Assembly (NCBI GenBank): GCA_013239625.1
Contig: MU053934.1
Location: 3,304,399-3,368,398 of the forward strand
Source of the DNA: Lama guanicoe
Lineage: Eukaryota
Length of the DNA stretch: 64,000 nucleotides
Reading direction: 5' to 3'
Under the pieces are notes generated by a model, which saw nothing but the letters and a program-made list of their open reading frames with translations, made no database searches and was not told the DNA's origin. Positions 13,295 through 26,400 of the stretch are shown in pieces. A program made the translations under genes and the position numbers. Numbering within the stretch: position 1 is the stretch's first letter; each line of letters begins with the position of its first letter.

Positions 13295-14090
13295 CATTTA
13301 TTTAATTTTACTTTTTACTATGGAAAATTTCAAACACACACCAAAGTAAAGGGAATAGCATAATGAATCCCCATGTGCCCATCACCCCACTTCAACAGCC
13401 ATCCCCATTTTAACATCCTTATTTCATTCCTTCCTCCCAAGCATCTCTTTAAAGAAAATTCTGGACAGTATATCATTTCACCCATATATATTGCAGATGT
13501 ATCTCTCCCACATTAGAACATTTCTGAAAAAAGTAACCCCATCACACCTAATAAAATTAGCAATTTCTTAACACCATTTAATATAAAGTCTGTGTTCAAA
13601 TTTCCTCATTTTTCTCCACAATGTCTTTTTAGGGTCCATTCATTTGAACTAGGATCTAAACAAGGTCCAGGCATTGCATTTTATTGTTATGACTCTTAAA
13701 TCTCTTTTCATCTCTAACATTCCTTCCTCCCTCTCTTTTTAATACCGTTTTACTTGTTGGAGATATCAGGTTCTTTTGTCCTGCAGAATTGTCCTGATTG
13801 TTGATTTGGTGGGTTGAGCCCTTTAACACGTTCCTACTGTACCCCACCCCATTTCCTGAAACCTGATATTTAGATCCAGAGGGCTGATATGTGTAGGACA
13901 TTGGTCCTATTTTGGTGAGCAGACTCCCGGGTAGAGCTGTGTCCTTCCAATTGCATGTTGTTAGGAGCACTTATGGTCAGATTTTCCCTTTCTGTGTGAG
14001 ATTTAAAAACGCTCAATGTCTCCAGCTGGACCCCTCCATTATAAAGCTTCTCTGCCACCTTGCCCCCAAGGGGTTTTAGCACCTTTCAAA
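13295..14090 (-). mobile_element. Old L1M 3'-end fragment
   Basis: atggaaaatttcaaacac..aaagtaaagggaatagcataatgaatccccatgtgcccatcacc is the reverse of an L1MC/ME-type 3' end. Confidence 0.65.
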
Positions 14091-16477
14091 GAATCTTAAA
14101 ACTGACAGAGCTCTGAGAAAACCATTTCACTCATTTTCCTACTCATCCCACAAATATCTGTGCCAGGAGGTGAGCAGCAGTGAGCAAAACCAGCACTGGG
14201 ATCACTGAGCCAACAGTCAGATGGGGGCAAACAACAAACACATGCGCGAGCAGGTGCCCCGACAAGAGACGCGTCTGCGAAGTTTACAGCTACATAGAGA
14301 GCTACCCCAGAGTGAAGTGATGGCGGTCAGGCAGCCGCACTGTGGTGGGTGATCAGGGAGGGCCTCCCTAGGAGAGGACACTGACACTTAATAAGAGCAA
14401 TCCAGGGATTGGGGTGCAGGGAGAGGGACAAGCTGGTGCAGGCAGAGGGGTGCGAATCCACCAGGAGTAACGAGGAGGCAAGTGTGCCCAGCACCTGTGG
14501 GCATAGGTGAGGGGCCTGAGGGGATGCCAGCAGTGGCAACACAGGAGAGACTGACCATGGCCAAGGCGTGATGGCGGAGGGTAGGTGATGGCCAGTCCAG
14601 CACGCCTTCTGCCCCCTTTTATAGCCAAGAACACTGAGCTCAGGGAGGGCAGGGAGATACTGATTATTGAGCAAATATCTGCACCAGGAGCTTTCAGTGC
14701 AGCATCTCAAAACCACACAGCACGCTATGGAGAAGTCATTGTGTATTTTACAGGTGAGGCCAGTGAACAATGAAGTCACCTGCCCAAGGGCAAAGAGGCA
14801 GAGGTGCAAAGCAGGGTACCACCCAGGCCTGATGAGGCCCTCCGATCCTCCAGAGTTGTCCCACACTGAGATGACCACTGTGGAGCCTCAAACCTTGGCT
14901 CTGGCCCCTAAAAGCCCTCTGTCCTGGACCAAAGGCCTCCTCCTTCTCTGTGCTTCAGTCTCCTAACCTGTAAAATGGGAATAACACTTGCCCAAGGGGC
15001 CCAGCAAGGCTAAGACAGGGTGGTCCAAACTCACCTCCCCACAATCCCTGCCTGTGGGGCCCACAAGGGTCACCTGAGGACAGCCTATGGGCAGCTACAC
15101 ACCCTGCCACACAGAGTCACAAAGGGTTAAACCCAGACTCCCTCCTTCCTCCATCCCAATTCTGATCCTTGCTGACTCTGCTCCCCCTCCCGACCATAGC
15201 TATTCTGGGACAATGGAGGCAGCAGATGGCCCGAGTCCTGTTCCCTCCACCCGACCCTCAGGATCTGGGAACAACCCGCAAATCTGCTGCTGCTTCTAAA
15301 AGTGGGCTGGCCGGCCGCCTTCTGCATACAGGGTGGAGGGGACAACGGCTGTGGAGCACACCAGTCCGTCCCTACCAGGCTGTGGGCCCAGGGTCCGCCC
15401 CCACTTGGCCCACATCCCACAAACCCAGTCTTAGGTCAACCCAGAAAGAAAGGGGGTTTTGGAAGAGTCCAAGCAGCCTGGCTCTGCACCAACAAGTACA
15501 CGGTGGTCCCTCTCTGGGTCAGGCTCCTCCTCGGAAAACAAGGTGCTAAGGCTCCAGTGCTCAGAGATTCCCATCAGCCCAGACAGCGTTGCAGCAGGGA
15601 CAAGGTCCTCCAAGGGCCAGAGGACGTGCTCCAGAGGAGCCCCCAGGCTCAGCTGCCTGGGTCAGAGCTCCTCCATCTCTTGGGCTCTCTTCTCCCTCCT
15701 CCCACCCAGCCCCGAGCCCACTGTGACCCTGACTCCCCAGCATCACGGGGCATGATGCGGACTGAGAGCTGACATCTCCTCTTCTTCCCTCCCTCCCCTC
15801 CCGCCAGGTACCACCAGGCCTGAAATTTCACCATGCTTACTTTCATTCAGTCATGCAATCTCTTTGGGACCTGAAATTCTACAGGCACTTACATACTCAG
15901 CTCCTACCCTGGCTGTCAAAGTGTCCCTTTATCTAATACCAGAGCCTGAATTTCTCAGCTCCATTCTGCCTTCCCTAATTCTCTGGCCACCGCCAACCCA
16001 GGCCATGAGGGCAGATAAAAGGAGGAATCACTCCCGGCAAACCAGCACCTCGTGGCACACATATATTCACATGTGTGCGTGTCACACAGAAGTGTGACAT
16101 AGGCACAAACACATCCACACACCATCACACATCTGTCCTTATGCACAGACAAGGGTAGAAGGGTACACGGCACACACACACACACACCTATGCACATGCT
16201 CACACGCCAACACACCAGAACACAGTACTCGCTCCTAACAGTTACTGTTCACTGAGCCATTCCTTTCCCCATGCCAGGCTCTGTGCTGTGCCCTTTACAA
16301 ACCCTGCATCATTTCACCCACATATCAACTCCTTTTCTCATCTATAAAATGAGTGAACAGGCCAAAGAGACCAAACAGTTTCCCCAAAGTCACACAACCA
16401 GCAAAGGCAGAGCAGGGCTGTCTAGCTCGAGGACCCAAACAGACACCACTGAGAGAACGGATCAAAGACCCTGCCCC

Positions 16478-16880
16478 AGTCAGAAATGACTTTGGTTGCA
16501 TTTAACAGAAAACTGAATCAAGAGAGGCTTAAACAAACAAGGGTTTAATTTTCTCACAGAACCAGATTTTGGAAGGGATAGCTGTGGATGATTGTCTTGG
16601 CCTTTCCTTCACGGCAGCAAGGTGGCTGCCCGAGATCCAGACATCACACCCACATTCACAGCAGGAAGATGAGTTATAGGGCTGCAAAACCTTCCCCAGA
16701 AACATCTCTGCTGTCCTTGCTTAGTTCACACTAACAGACAGAGCTCTGGCTCTGGCCAGATCTGGGTCACATGGCAGTCCCTAACAGCAAGGGAAGCCAG
16801 GAAAGTGAGCAAAAGGATCATCATGATTGGCTGGAACCCATTCTGACCCACCATCTGGATCTGAGCATGCTGATGCTCCG
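16478..16880 (-). mobile_element. MLT1-family solo LTR remnant in the MFNG 3' UTR region, same orientation as MFNG
   Basis: ttggttgca..aacagaaaac..ggcttaaacaaa..gggtttaattttctcaca; caaggtggctgcc; gggtcacatgg..cagcaagggaagccaggaaagtgag. Confidence 0.7.
16544..16549 (-). terminator. Putative MFNG polyadenylation signal (ATTAAA), inside an MLT1 LTR remnant
   Basis: First A(A/T)TAAA hexamer I found after the stop codon (~860 nt), followed by ttgtttgttt. Confidence 0.6.
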
Positions 16881-17408
16881 AACAAAATCAGATGGGGAGC
16901 AGGGGCTGGAGACTGGTCACCAGCAACAGTATCTGCCACAGAGCCTGCCATTCTGCCACCTGGGTCCTGCCAGTGGCTGGGGATCCAGCCAATCAAGCCA
17001 AGAATGGGTGGCTCAGTGTTTGGCCATAGGGGAGTGACTGAGAGACCAGAGCGGGCAGGAGCCAGAATGCACCCAGAGGCCCATGAATTCTCTGGAGGGT
17101 TAGGACTCCCCGAGCCTAAGCAGCTCAAGGACTCCCACCTTTGTTCCAGTTCAGCCACCGAAGGCCTATGGAAGCCCAGCCCCTGAGGCCTTTCTGGCCC
17201 TCACTTGGTGCACCTGGTCCTGAGCTGTCCAACCCACCTCCCAGGGGGTGGCAGCACCAGCCACCATCCAATCCTGGGCTTTCCCACCACTCAGAGACCC
17301 TGCCAGGAACTGCCAACCACACAGGACCTGCCACAAGCCCCCAAGCCTGCCCGGAAGGTGAAGGACAATCAGAGGCCTCAGCCCAAACTTTGCCCCGCAG
17401 CTCAGGGT

Positions 17409-17475
17409 TCACCGGGCCAGCAGCTGTGGGCACCAGGGAGTATCCGGGTAGAGGAGACAATGGAGGGAACGAAAC
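17409..17475 (-). CDS. MFNG: MFNG last coding exon (67 nt to TGA), [21 protein letters not shown]
   Basis: cacag acceptor; TGA at 17411-17409. Confidence 0.96.
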
Positions 17476-20400
17476 CTGTGGAGAGACCAGAAATGGACAA
17501 GACAGTCACCCCCACAGGCTCCTAGGGGAACACGTGTCCTAGAGATGGTTTGGAGCAGGGTTTTGCACCTCAGCATGATTAACATTTGGGGCCAGGTAAT
17601 TCTTTGTTGTGGGCGGCTGTCCTTTGCATTGTAGGATTTTAGCAGCATCCCTTGTCTCTGCCTACAAGATGCCAGTAGCATCCCTGCGAGTCTTAACAAT
17701 TAAAAATGTCTCCACACATTGCCGATTGTCCCTTGGCTGGGGCAGGGAGTGGTGCAAAATGGCCCCTGGTTGAGAACCACTGGCTTATAAAGACTTCAAA
17801 AGCCAGGGAAACCATGAAGAGATCTCAGCTGAGGCCGTACCATCTGACCACACATGTTGGTTCCATCCCCATTAGGCAGGAACTTAGAGAATCTAGAATC
17901 TTCTGGCTTTGAGAGAATTCAATACCAAGTCTTAAACCTCCTGGCAGTATAGCCATAGCTTGCACACCTCCACTGATGGGGAGCTCACTCCATTAGAAGG
18001 CAACACCTTTCATCTTGGAATTTGAATGTTTTTTCCCCGTATAGAGCCAAACTCTGTCCCCTTGTAATGTCCAACTGGTTCACAACAGCCCTGGGCCCAG
18101 CAGCCTTGGGACAGACAGACAGACAGCTCTGTAGGACTTCAAGGGCAGAAGTGCTGGCTCCTCTAAGGATTACACACCTCAGATAAATCCAAAGCCAGAC
18201 AGAGTCCAGAAGGCCTTTGGGGCATGGGGTGGGGCAGGGGGTTCCCTGCCACCTCCCCCACTGAATCTAATGCCACTTTCCTCTCTTCTCCCACGTTCTG
18301 GTCACACTGGCTTCTTTTACTTCCTTGAGTAGGTCTTGTTCCCCTGCCCTAGGGTGTCAGAGGCTGTGCGCAAAGCTGCTTTACAGCAACCAGGGCAGGA
18401 CGAAGAGGGCTGAGCTGAACAGTCCTAATCCCCCTGGGGCCTGTTTGGGAACAGAACTGGAAGGTGCCTAGCTGATATTTTAGCCCCCACTGCAACCTTC
18501 TATCCATTGAAAAGTATCACCAAAGAGACAAAGAGCCTAAGAAATATTCTTTTTTAAATTCCCCACGAGTGCCTGAGGTTTCCTCCATTAGAGCATCTCC
18601 TTTGTTCAGTGAGGACATTTCTGTCTTCCAGGGGCTCCTGAAGAACCCCAGAGGCTTAGGCCCGGGAGAGCCCTTCAGATCCATGACGCCCAGCCTCCTT
18701 GTATTACAAATAGGGTAACTGAGGTCCAGAGAGGGCAAGACACTTGCTCATGGTCACACAGCAATCCAGTGACAGAGCGGAGACTGAAATCCACTCCCTC
18801 CACTCCCAGCTTTGTGCTGTCAGCCACTGACCTCTCTCACTCCCCTCCTTCCCAGCTCCCCCATCTTTGGATGCCTGGACTCAGGCCCCACTCTTCCATT
18901 CTACAGTTTCAGCCCCCAGACCCACCTGGAGGGGTCCTCCTCAGGGGAGAAGGGGCCATGGAGCTTAATGACATTGAGTTTCCCTTCAAAGACACCATAG
19001 CTGAGCGTCACCTGTGCAGAGAGAAGCAGAGAAGAGTGAAGGGCTGAGGGGTAGCCCACTGGGGACACCACCAGGGGGCATCATTTGGGCAGAAACAGAG
19101 AAGGCACATAAGGCTTTTCAGGGGCACAGAAAGCCCGCCTCTGCGCCTGAAATTCCACCATTAGCAATGAGGAGCCCACCCCACTCCCATTTGCCCATAA
19201 ACCTATCTGTGCCCCTAAGAGTCTAGTTTATCTGGGAGGCTGGACCAATTCCCTCATTTACAGATTGGGAAACTGAGGCTCAAGAGGGGAAGGCACATTT
19301 CCAGTAAGTTGTGTGCCTGGACGGAGGTTTCCTGAGACCCACTCTAGGGCCTTGGCAATCCTTCTCCACCCACAGCCTCAGGTTACTTCACGTGCAGTGA
19401 AGATGTGGGATGCTGACCCCACACAAGAGGCAGTCAGGCACAGAGGTTAAAGACTGTGGGCTTAGGGGGTCATCCAACCAGAGTTCAGATCCTTCTCTGT
19501 CCTTTTCTAGCTGTGTGCCAGTTAATTTTGCTCTCTGGATCTCAGTTTCTCCATCTGTAGTATGGGAATAATGTTAGAATCCACCCATGTGAATGTTGTA
19601 AGGAACCAGAGAGATAAAGAAGATAAGGCCCCCAGTATGGTGCCTGGCACAGCAAGGGCTCTGAAAACCCCAACCATTAGGGTGCTTTGGTTTTGGTTGC
19701 CCCAAATCTGCCCCACATGCACACCTCCCCCATTGCCACCTTAGCCCTGAGGCTGACTCACCTGCTCCGGGAGCTGGGCGGCCCCCAGCAGCTGCAGGGT
19801 CTCCAGGTGGGAGTGGAAGAGGGGGCTGGGCTGCAGGTGGCCGCCCAGCTTGCACTCAACAATGTAGCCCACAGTGCAGTCGTCCGGCAGCCGAATGAGG
19901 GCAGATGTGTCCACAAAGCTGGGGCCACTGAGGGACAAAGCCATGCTGTGGCCACTGGCCTAGGCCTTTGACACCTTTAGCTCCCCCTGCCTCTCAGAAG
20001 ACCATCCCTCCACCACGGCCAGCTGGGAGAGCAGAGCTCAGCTCTAGCATCTGCCTCCTGCATACTGTGTGACCTCCAGCAAGTCACAAACCTCTGGGAG
20101 CCTCAGTTTCCTCTTCTGTAAAATGGACATGATAACGGCACTGCCCTCCCAGGGCTGTTGTGAGGATTAAGCGGAGTGATGAGATGAAACTTTTATAAAT
20201 GCATGCTTTCCTTCTCTCTCTTTCTTTTCGTTCATTCATTCACTCATTTGTTTGTTCTTGAGTTTGAGCATCTGCCTGGTGCCACCATGCTAGGGCTGAG
20301 GACACAGAGATGAGAAAGAAATGCTTCCTGCCCTCACCAGCAGCCCCGCTTCTGGAGGGAGACAGACAGATGAGCAGGCCATTTCAGAGAAGGACTGGTG

Positions 20401-23400
20401 CTAAGTCAGAGGGAAGCACAAGGGCTGGGGACACAGAGAGGGAAGGTGGATTCCCAGAAGAGGTGGCAGTCTTCTGTTTTGCTTTTCATTTAATCGTGGC
20501 AGCGGCAGTTGTTAAAAGGAGTCTTACAGGATGAGCTGGAGTCAGCCAAGGGCCACGAGGGAGAGAAGCAGTGTCCCAGGCAAAGGCATCACCTGACTGC
20601 CTATCCCGTGAACGCCCTGCTCAGAATGCCTGACTAAGGGATCAAGTGCATGCAGAAGCCCAGCCTTCACTCCCCTCCCCAAGGGGCCGTGCCAGGGGCT
20701 GACGCACAGAGAGCGGGCGCCTTTTTCTAATTCACACAAATGTACCATAGAGGTGGGCTGAAGCCCAGATGGGGGCATGCCAGGCACAGGGATGCCCCTG
20801 GACCATGTGTAAACGCCTGCTGTCAACAGGACCTAGGACAGCATTCCCGCTCCCAGTCAGGGCACAAACTGCCCCTGCAGGACCCCTTCCATCCAGGGCA
20901 GGCTGGTGCAGAGGTAAAGCACTCAGATCTTGGAACCAAACCCAGCAGCTGAGTGACCTTGAACCAATCACTTGCTTAACCTCTCAGTGCCTCAGTTTCC
21001 TCAGTCAAGTAGAAATAAGGCCCAGGGTGGTGGGTAGGAACGTAGGTGTTTAGCATGCACGAGGTCCTGAGTTCAATCCCCAGTACCTCCATTTAAAAAT
21101 AAAATAAAATATAATATAATATAATAAAATAAAATAAAATAAAATAAACCAAATTACCTCCCCCTCCAAAAAAAAAACTTAAAAAAATAAGGCCAATATC
21201 CCTTCCTCCCTTCCGCCCTGGGGGCTGTGATACTGTTAGCAAAGCATAGGCCCGGCTCAGAGTCAACCCTTAATATGAGGTAGTGACAGCGATGTGGCTG
21301 TTAATGACAATAGTGGCCTGCCCAGCTGACCTCAAGAGGCTAGACCTTTGCCATGTCCTCTCTGGAACGCCAGTACCCCTGCCCCGTACTGAGAGCTCCC
21401 ACTGCACCCACAATCCCCCTCACCCTGGGCCTCTCTCGGACCACCTTAGCTCAAATGCTACCTCTGCCAGGAAGCCTGCCCTCCCGTCCCCAAGCAGAAG
21501 GCCCTACTCCTTCCTCTGAGTGTCCCTGCACTTGGCCTTCACCTCCCCTGCAAGAGTGACCAGTCAGAAGAGGGCTAAAATAGAACCTAATATTTGCCTG
21601 GCTTGGACCAGGTGCCAGCCCAGACACTTTCTCATTTAACCCTACTCACAACGGACGACCACCAGATCCATTTTACAGATGGGGGTACTGAGGCTCCAGG
21701 AGATTACACGACTTGCCTGTGTGTGGCAGAGTGCACTAGGCTGTGTACCCCCAAAGGCAAGGTGGCAGGCAGCTTACCCACCACTAACTGTGTAAATCTG
21801 TGACTCAGTGGGAATGAGAGGGAGTTCCTCTTGAGCTTCTTCTCAAATCCTTCCTGTGCAAAGTCCCCACACACACACACCAGACACCACCCACCACCCT
21901 CCCCCACCTGCCTGGTGGTCTCCACTTACCTGGCCCACGGGGCCATCTTCAAAGCCAATTTGCGGTTGATGCAGAAGCCGGCACCTCCAGTGGCAAACCA
22001 GAACTGTACCAGCCTCTGGGGAGAGAGATGGGGAGGGCCAAATTGCAGGGTGAGCCTGGGGGGTGGGGGCAACAGCCAACAACCCCTTGCCTCCATCCGG
22101 CATGACTCAAAAGCTTTTTATTTCACATCTGTCTAGAGTCTTGCTACAGCCTGACATTATTACGCCCATTTTGTAGATAAGGAAACTGAGGCCCAAAGTA
22201 ACATAGCTAATTAAGAGTGATGGCACCTGAAACTAACATTGTAAATCAACTACACTTCAATAAAAAATAAAGTTAAAAAAAAAAGTATGATGGGACACCA
22301 ATTAGACCTCAGTCTGGCTGGATTTCAGTTAAAGAGACCACATACCATATTTGTCCAACCGCTGCACCTTACTCCTGTCCCCAGAGAAATGTCTCTGCCT
22401 CACCCCATGTGGTTCAAGAGGGGCTGCTAAACACAGCACCTGCTCCCATAGGCCACAGAGGCGGGAAAGTGCCCCAGGAATGACGGATCACAAGACCACA
22501 CCCCTTGACCCCGTGACTGGCTCAGCAGCAGGCACATGACTTAGACCAGCCAATCAGAGTCCTTTCCTGAGCTCCATATGCTATGAGAGAGAGATGCTTT
22601 TACAGGGTCACCAGTAAATATAATGCTGATGCCATTTCCACCAGGCTACTTACACTGACCTTACCACTCCCAACCCCTGGGATCAAGAACGCTTTTCCAC
22701 AAAAGGAGAGAATGAGGCCTCTCATGGAGTAGAGAGAAGGGCAGACAGGCCTGTGAGCCCCTGAGGCCAGAAAACCCCTTGACATCTCAATCTCAGGAAC
22801 CAATACCATTCCTTTGTGGTTTCAACCACTTTCTGCCCTCACCCAACATCACCACGGCCCAAAGTCTCTTCTACCTCTTCTACGGGGACCTGGAAATTCA
22901 CCCACGAATTTCTTTAAGGCTTTTGAGAAACACTACCTTTTCAGCTGTACCACCTCTTGGTCAAACAAGTGCCCTAAGGTTAGCTTCTCCCAAGTACACA
23001 GTTGGTGCTTCACTGATGCGTGTTGCATTGGGTTGAGATATCTCCCGTGACGCAGCAGTGAGAAGAGCCCTGGGCAGGGAGTTGGAAAGTCTGGCAGTGG
23101 GCCCCCCGCCTCCTCCACTGCACAGCTGTATAACCTTGAGAAAGCCCCTCCCCGGACCTCAGATTTGTCACCTGTGAGTACAACACTGGCTCCAGTTCTG
23201 AAATCCAGTGGCTCTCCTGGCCCAGAGGTGCCCTCCTCCTAAAGACCTCTGTGAGCTTACTTCTGAGATGCTGAACTCTTAGAGAGAGGTCGGGCCTCAA
23301 CCAGGCAGAATGAATGGTTTCTTGAGGCCCTGACACACAGGAGGCGCCCAATAAATGCTAGTTTAATGAATTGATGAGGGCAGGGCTCCCACTCCCAAGG

Positions 23401-26400
23401 AATTATAGTAACACCAGCGGTGACCGTGTAGGCACCTAACCCCGAGCACTGACTGTGCCGAGCCCTGTGCTAAGAGCTGTAATGCAGGTGAGGTGACCAA
23501 GGTGCACAGAACTGAGGTCACTTGCCTGAGGTCCCAGAGCTGGGACTGACCCTGAGCCAGAGCTCTTGCCCCCTTTGCTGTCCCACCCCAGGGGATGCCA
23601 TGGTCTGAACAGGCCAGGACCTTTGGGTCAGAGTCCTGGGATCCCACCTGTGGAGTCTGTGACAAGGAGGGCATTCACGCACGTTGTGGGGTCGGGGCCT
23701 GGGTGTGCCCAGCAGGGCTCCGAATCTGCACAGGAAGAACGCGGCTTGGAGCCACGAGGCTGAGCTGAGCCGGGTGCTGATCTGTAAGACTCAGTAGTGC
23801 CTGCCACATGCCAGGCCCCTTCCCAAGCACTTGGATAGATGACCTCATTTAATTCTTTCTTTGCCCACAACAACCCTATGAGGTAGTGACTATTATTGAT
23901 TTTACAGATGAGGAAACTGAGGCACAGAGAGGTGAGATGACTTCAATCAAGGTCACAAAGCCAAAAGGTAGCAAGGTGTGTGAACTCTGGGAGTCAGGTC
24001 CCGGAGCAGAGCTCCCAACTCCTCAGGCCAAGGGTCAGGTGCGTGGGAGCCTCGGGGACCCGTCAGCTCACCTGGAATCAGCTCGTTCACACACACACCT
24101 CCAGGGCCCAGGAGGATTAATTAGGGCTCAGAGGCTGATTAGCTGCAGATAATTAAGGTTTTGTGTTTCCTGCTTTGGTTTCCCTAGTGAAGCAGATGGT
24201 GACCCCGGGAGGGAGAAAGCCCCACAGCAGGTCCAGTTCCGCTCCAGGCGCTGCCTCTAGGGAGCCTGGACCCCTGACTTGCCCTTTCACTGGGGCCAAG
24301 GGAGCCCTAGGGGCCTGTGCCATCCCAACACTGGGAGCCTGGTGGGTGCTGGGGACGGGGGAAAACCATGCAACATACCTATACTAAAAAAAATTCTACA
24401 CTGTTTCTCTGAAAGTCAAATTTAACAGGTATCCTGGCTTTTCGTTTGTCTTCTAAATCTAGTGACCTTAATCTGTCCATTCAGGTCTGGAGCTGAAGCT
24501 GGCGCTGGGGACCCTGTTGTGCCAAGTGTCAACTCCTCAGTTGCTGGTTAGAGATGAGGGGTGCCTAGGGGAGGGGAGGGTTCAGGGGCTCCCGGCAGCA
24601 GCAATTTCCCACCTGGCTCAGTAGTACTTAGCATTTTAACAACCTGTACAACTGCATGGTGATACCAGGTGGTTATTAGGAGCCCTGCCATGGAGTCAGG
24701 AAGCCTCAGCCCACCCCCATCTCACTGTGTGCCCAGGACGAGCTGCTGCTCCTCAGTGGCCCAGGCCCTACTAAGTGCCATCTCGATGCCTCCTCTGCGT
24801 TATCTCAGTCTCCCCATTTCATAAAGGAGGAGACAGGATCAGAGGCCAAGCCATCAGCCTAGACAGGCAGGGATGCAGCCAAATCAGAAACCCAGAAAAC
24901 CCATCAGGCCCCTCTACAGCCCCGCCCCCGCGTGGCCCCGCCCCTCGAGGCCCCGCCCCCGGGACCAGCGGCCAATGCGCAAAGCCAGCAGGGAGCTACC
25001 CACCGTGCGGTTGTGGGGCTGTGGCTCAGAAGCGTGGATGGGCCGGTTCAGGCTGGGCCGGCCTACGTAGACGTCGAGGGTCTGCGGGAAGGCTTTCAGC
25101 AGCTTCAGCAGCGCCCTAGGGTTCAGATAGTTGTCGTCGTCCACATGGCAGAACCACCTGTGGGGATGGGAGGGGGACAGTGAGCTTGCAGGGGGTCCCA
25201 AAGGCTGCCAGCCAGCCAGCCAGCCAGACTCCCCCTGCGCCCCGATAAGGAGTCAACAAACAGCTATGGGGCGGGGGTGGCTAACATTTAAGGCACCTGT
25301 TCTGTGCCAAGCAGCATCTTGTGTAAGTTCATGAGGAAGCTGTGCACACTTCACAGGTCCAGACCTAGACTCAGAAAGGTTAAAACACTTGCTCAAAGTC
25401 ACACAGCCAGTGAATGGCAGGATTCTAACCCAGACAGTCTGCCCAGAGACAGACCCCAGGCAAGCCCTACATGATTAAATTCACAAGACCTAAACAACTT
25501 TACTTTTTTGACACAACCATTTCAATAAGGAATTGGCCTGAAGCAAAGGTCACACCTGCCCCCAAAGTCCAAGGTGAACTCACCTCAGCCCGCTGGCCAG
25601 GAAAGCATCGAACTCAGCAGCCATCTTGCAGGACAAGGCTGGATGGCTGTGCTCTGCAGAGCAGTTGGTGATCACGAGGTGGGACCCTGGAGAAGTGAGG
25701 ACAAGTCAGGGGCCCCTGCCCAGCTCCTCCCCAGAGCCCTGCACAGTGTGAGCATGCAGATTAAGGAGAGGCCTCAGAGAGCCTGGAGCAGTCCACCCAC
25801 TCCCATTTTACATATAAGGAAACTGAAGCCAGGGAGGGCTGACCTGCTCAGGACCCCAGAGCTAATGAACAGTAGGCAGGGCTGGGACCCAGGTGTCCAG
25901 GGCCTTGTCCAGCACAGCCCCTCCCCACACCCATCCTTATTGCCAGGCAAGAAGCCTGCTCCCTTCCTGGGCACAGGGGGAATCCCCATGTGCCAAGGTG
26001 GGCAGCCTTGTCTTCCAGAGACCCCCCAGGCCAGGGAGCAGCCACCCCAGCTTTCCTTGGTAACAGCCAAGGCGCCTCTACCCAACCCAGAGTTACCCAG
26101 TCTCTCCTGGAGACCTTCATCCGGGCTGTCAGTGAAGATGAATGTCTAGGAAAGAGAAATCAAGTCAAAACTAGGGTCAGCCAAGGGGAGTCCAGTGCCA
26201 GCCCACAGCCTACCACCGCCAAGTCCAGGTGGATGCACACAGCAGACCTCTGTCCTCCTTCAGTGAGGGGCACATGCCCCTCTCACAGTCACACACTCCT
26301 TTAGGACAAAATGACTTTCTCAGCTACCCAGCCCCCCTCCCCCATACAACACACATAAGCCAGCTTTTGTAGACACACAACTTTACAGTGTACACCAGCC

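Noticed and set aside
1..16400. Possible additional gene (e.g. ELFN2 exons or a pseudogene) in the left intergenic region
   Set aside because: No ORF or exon chain with recognisable protein similarity. A non-coding exon or lncRNA cannot be excluded from sequence alone.
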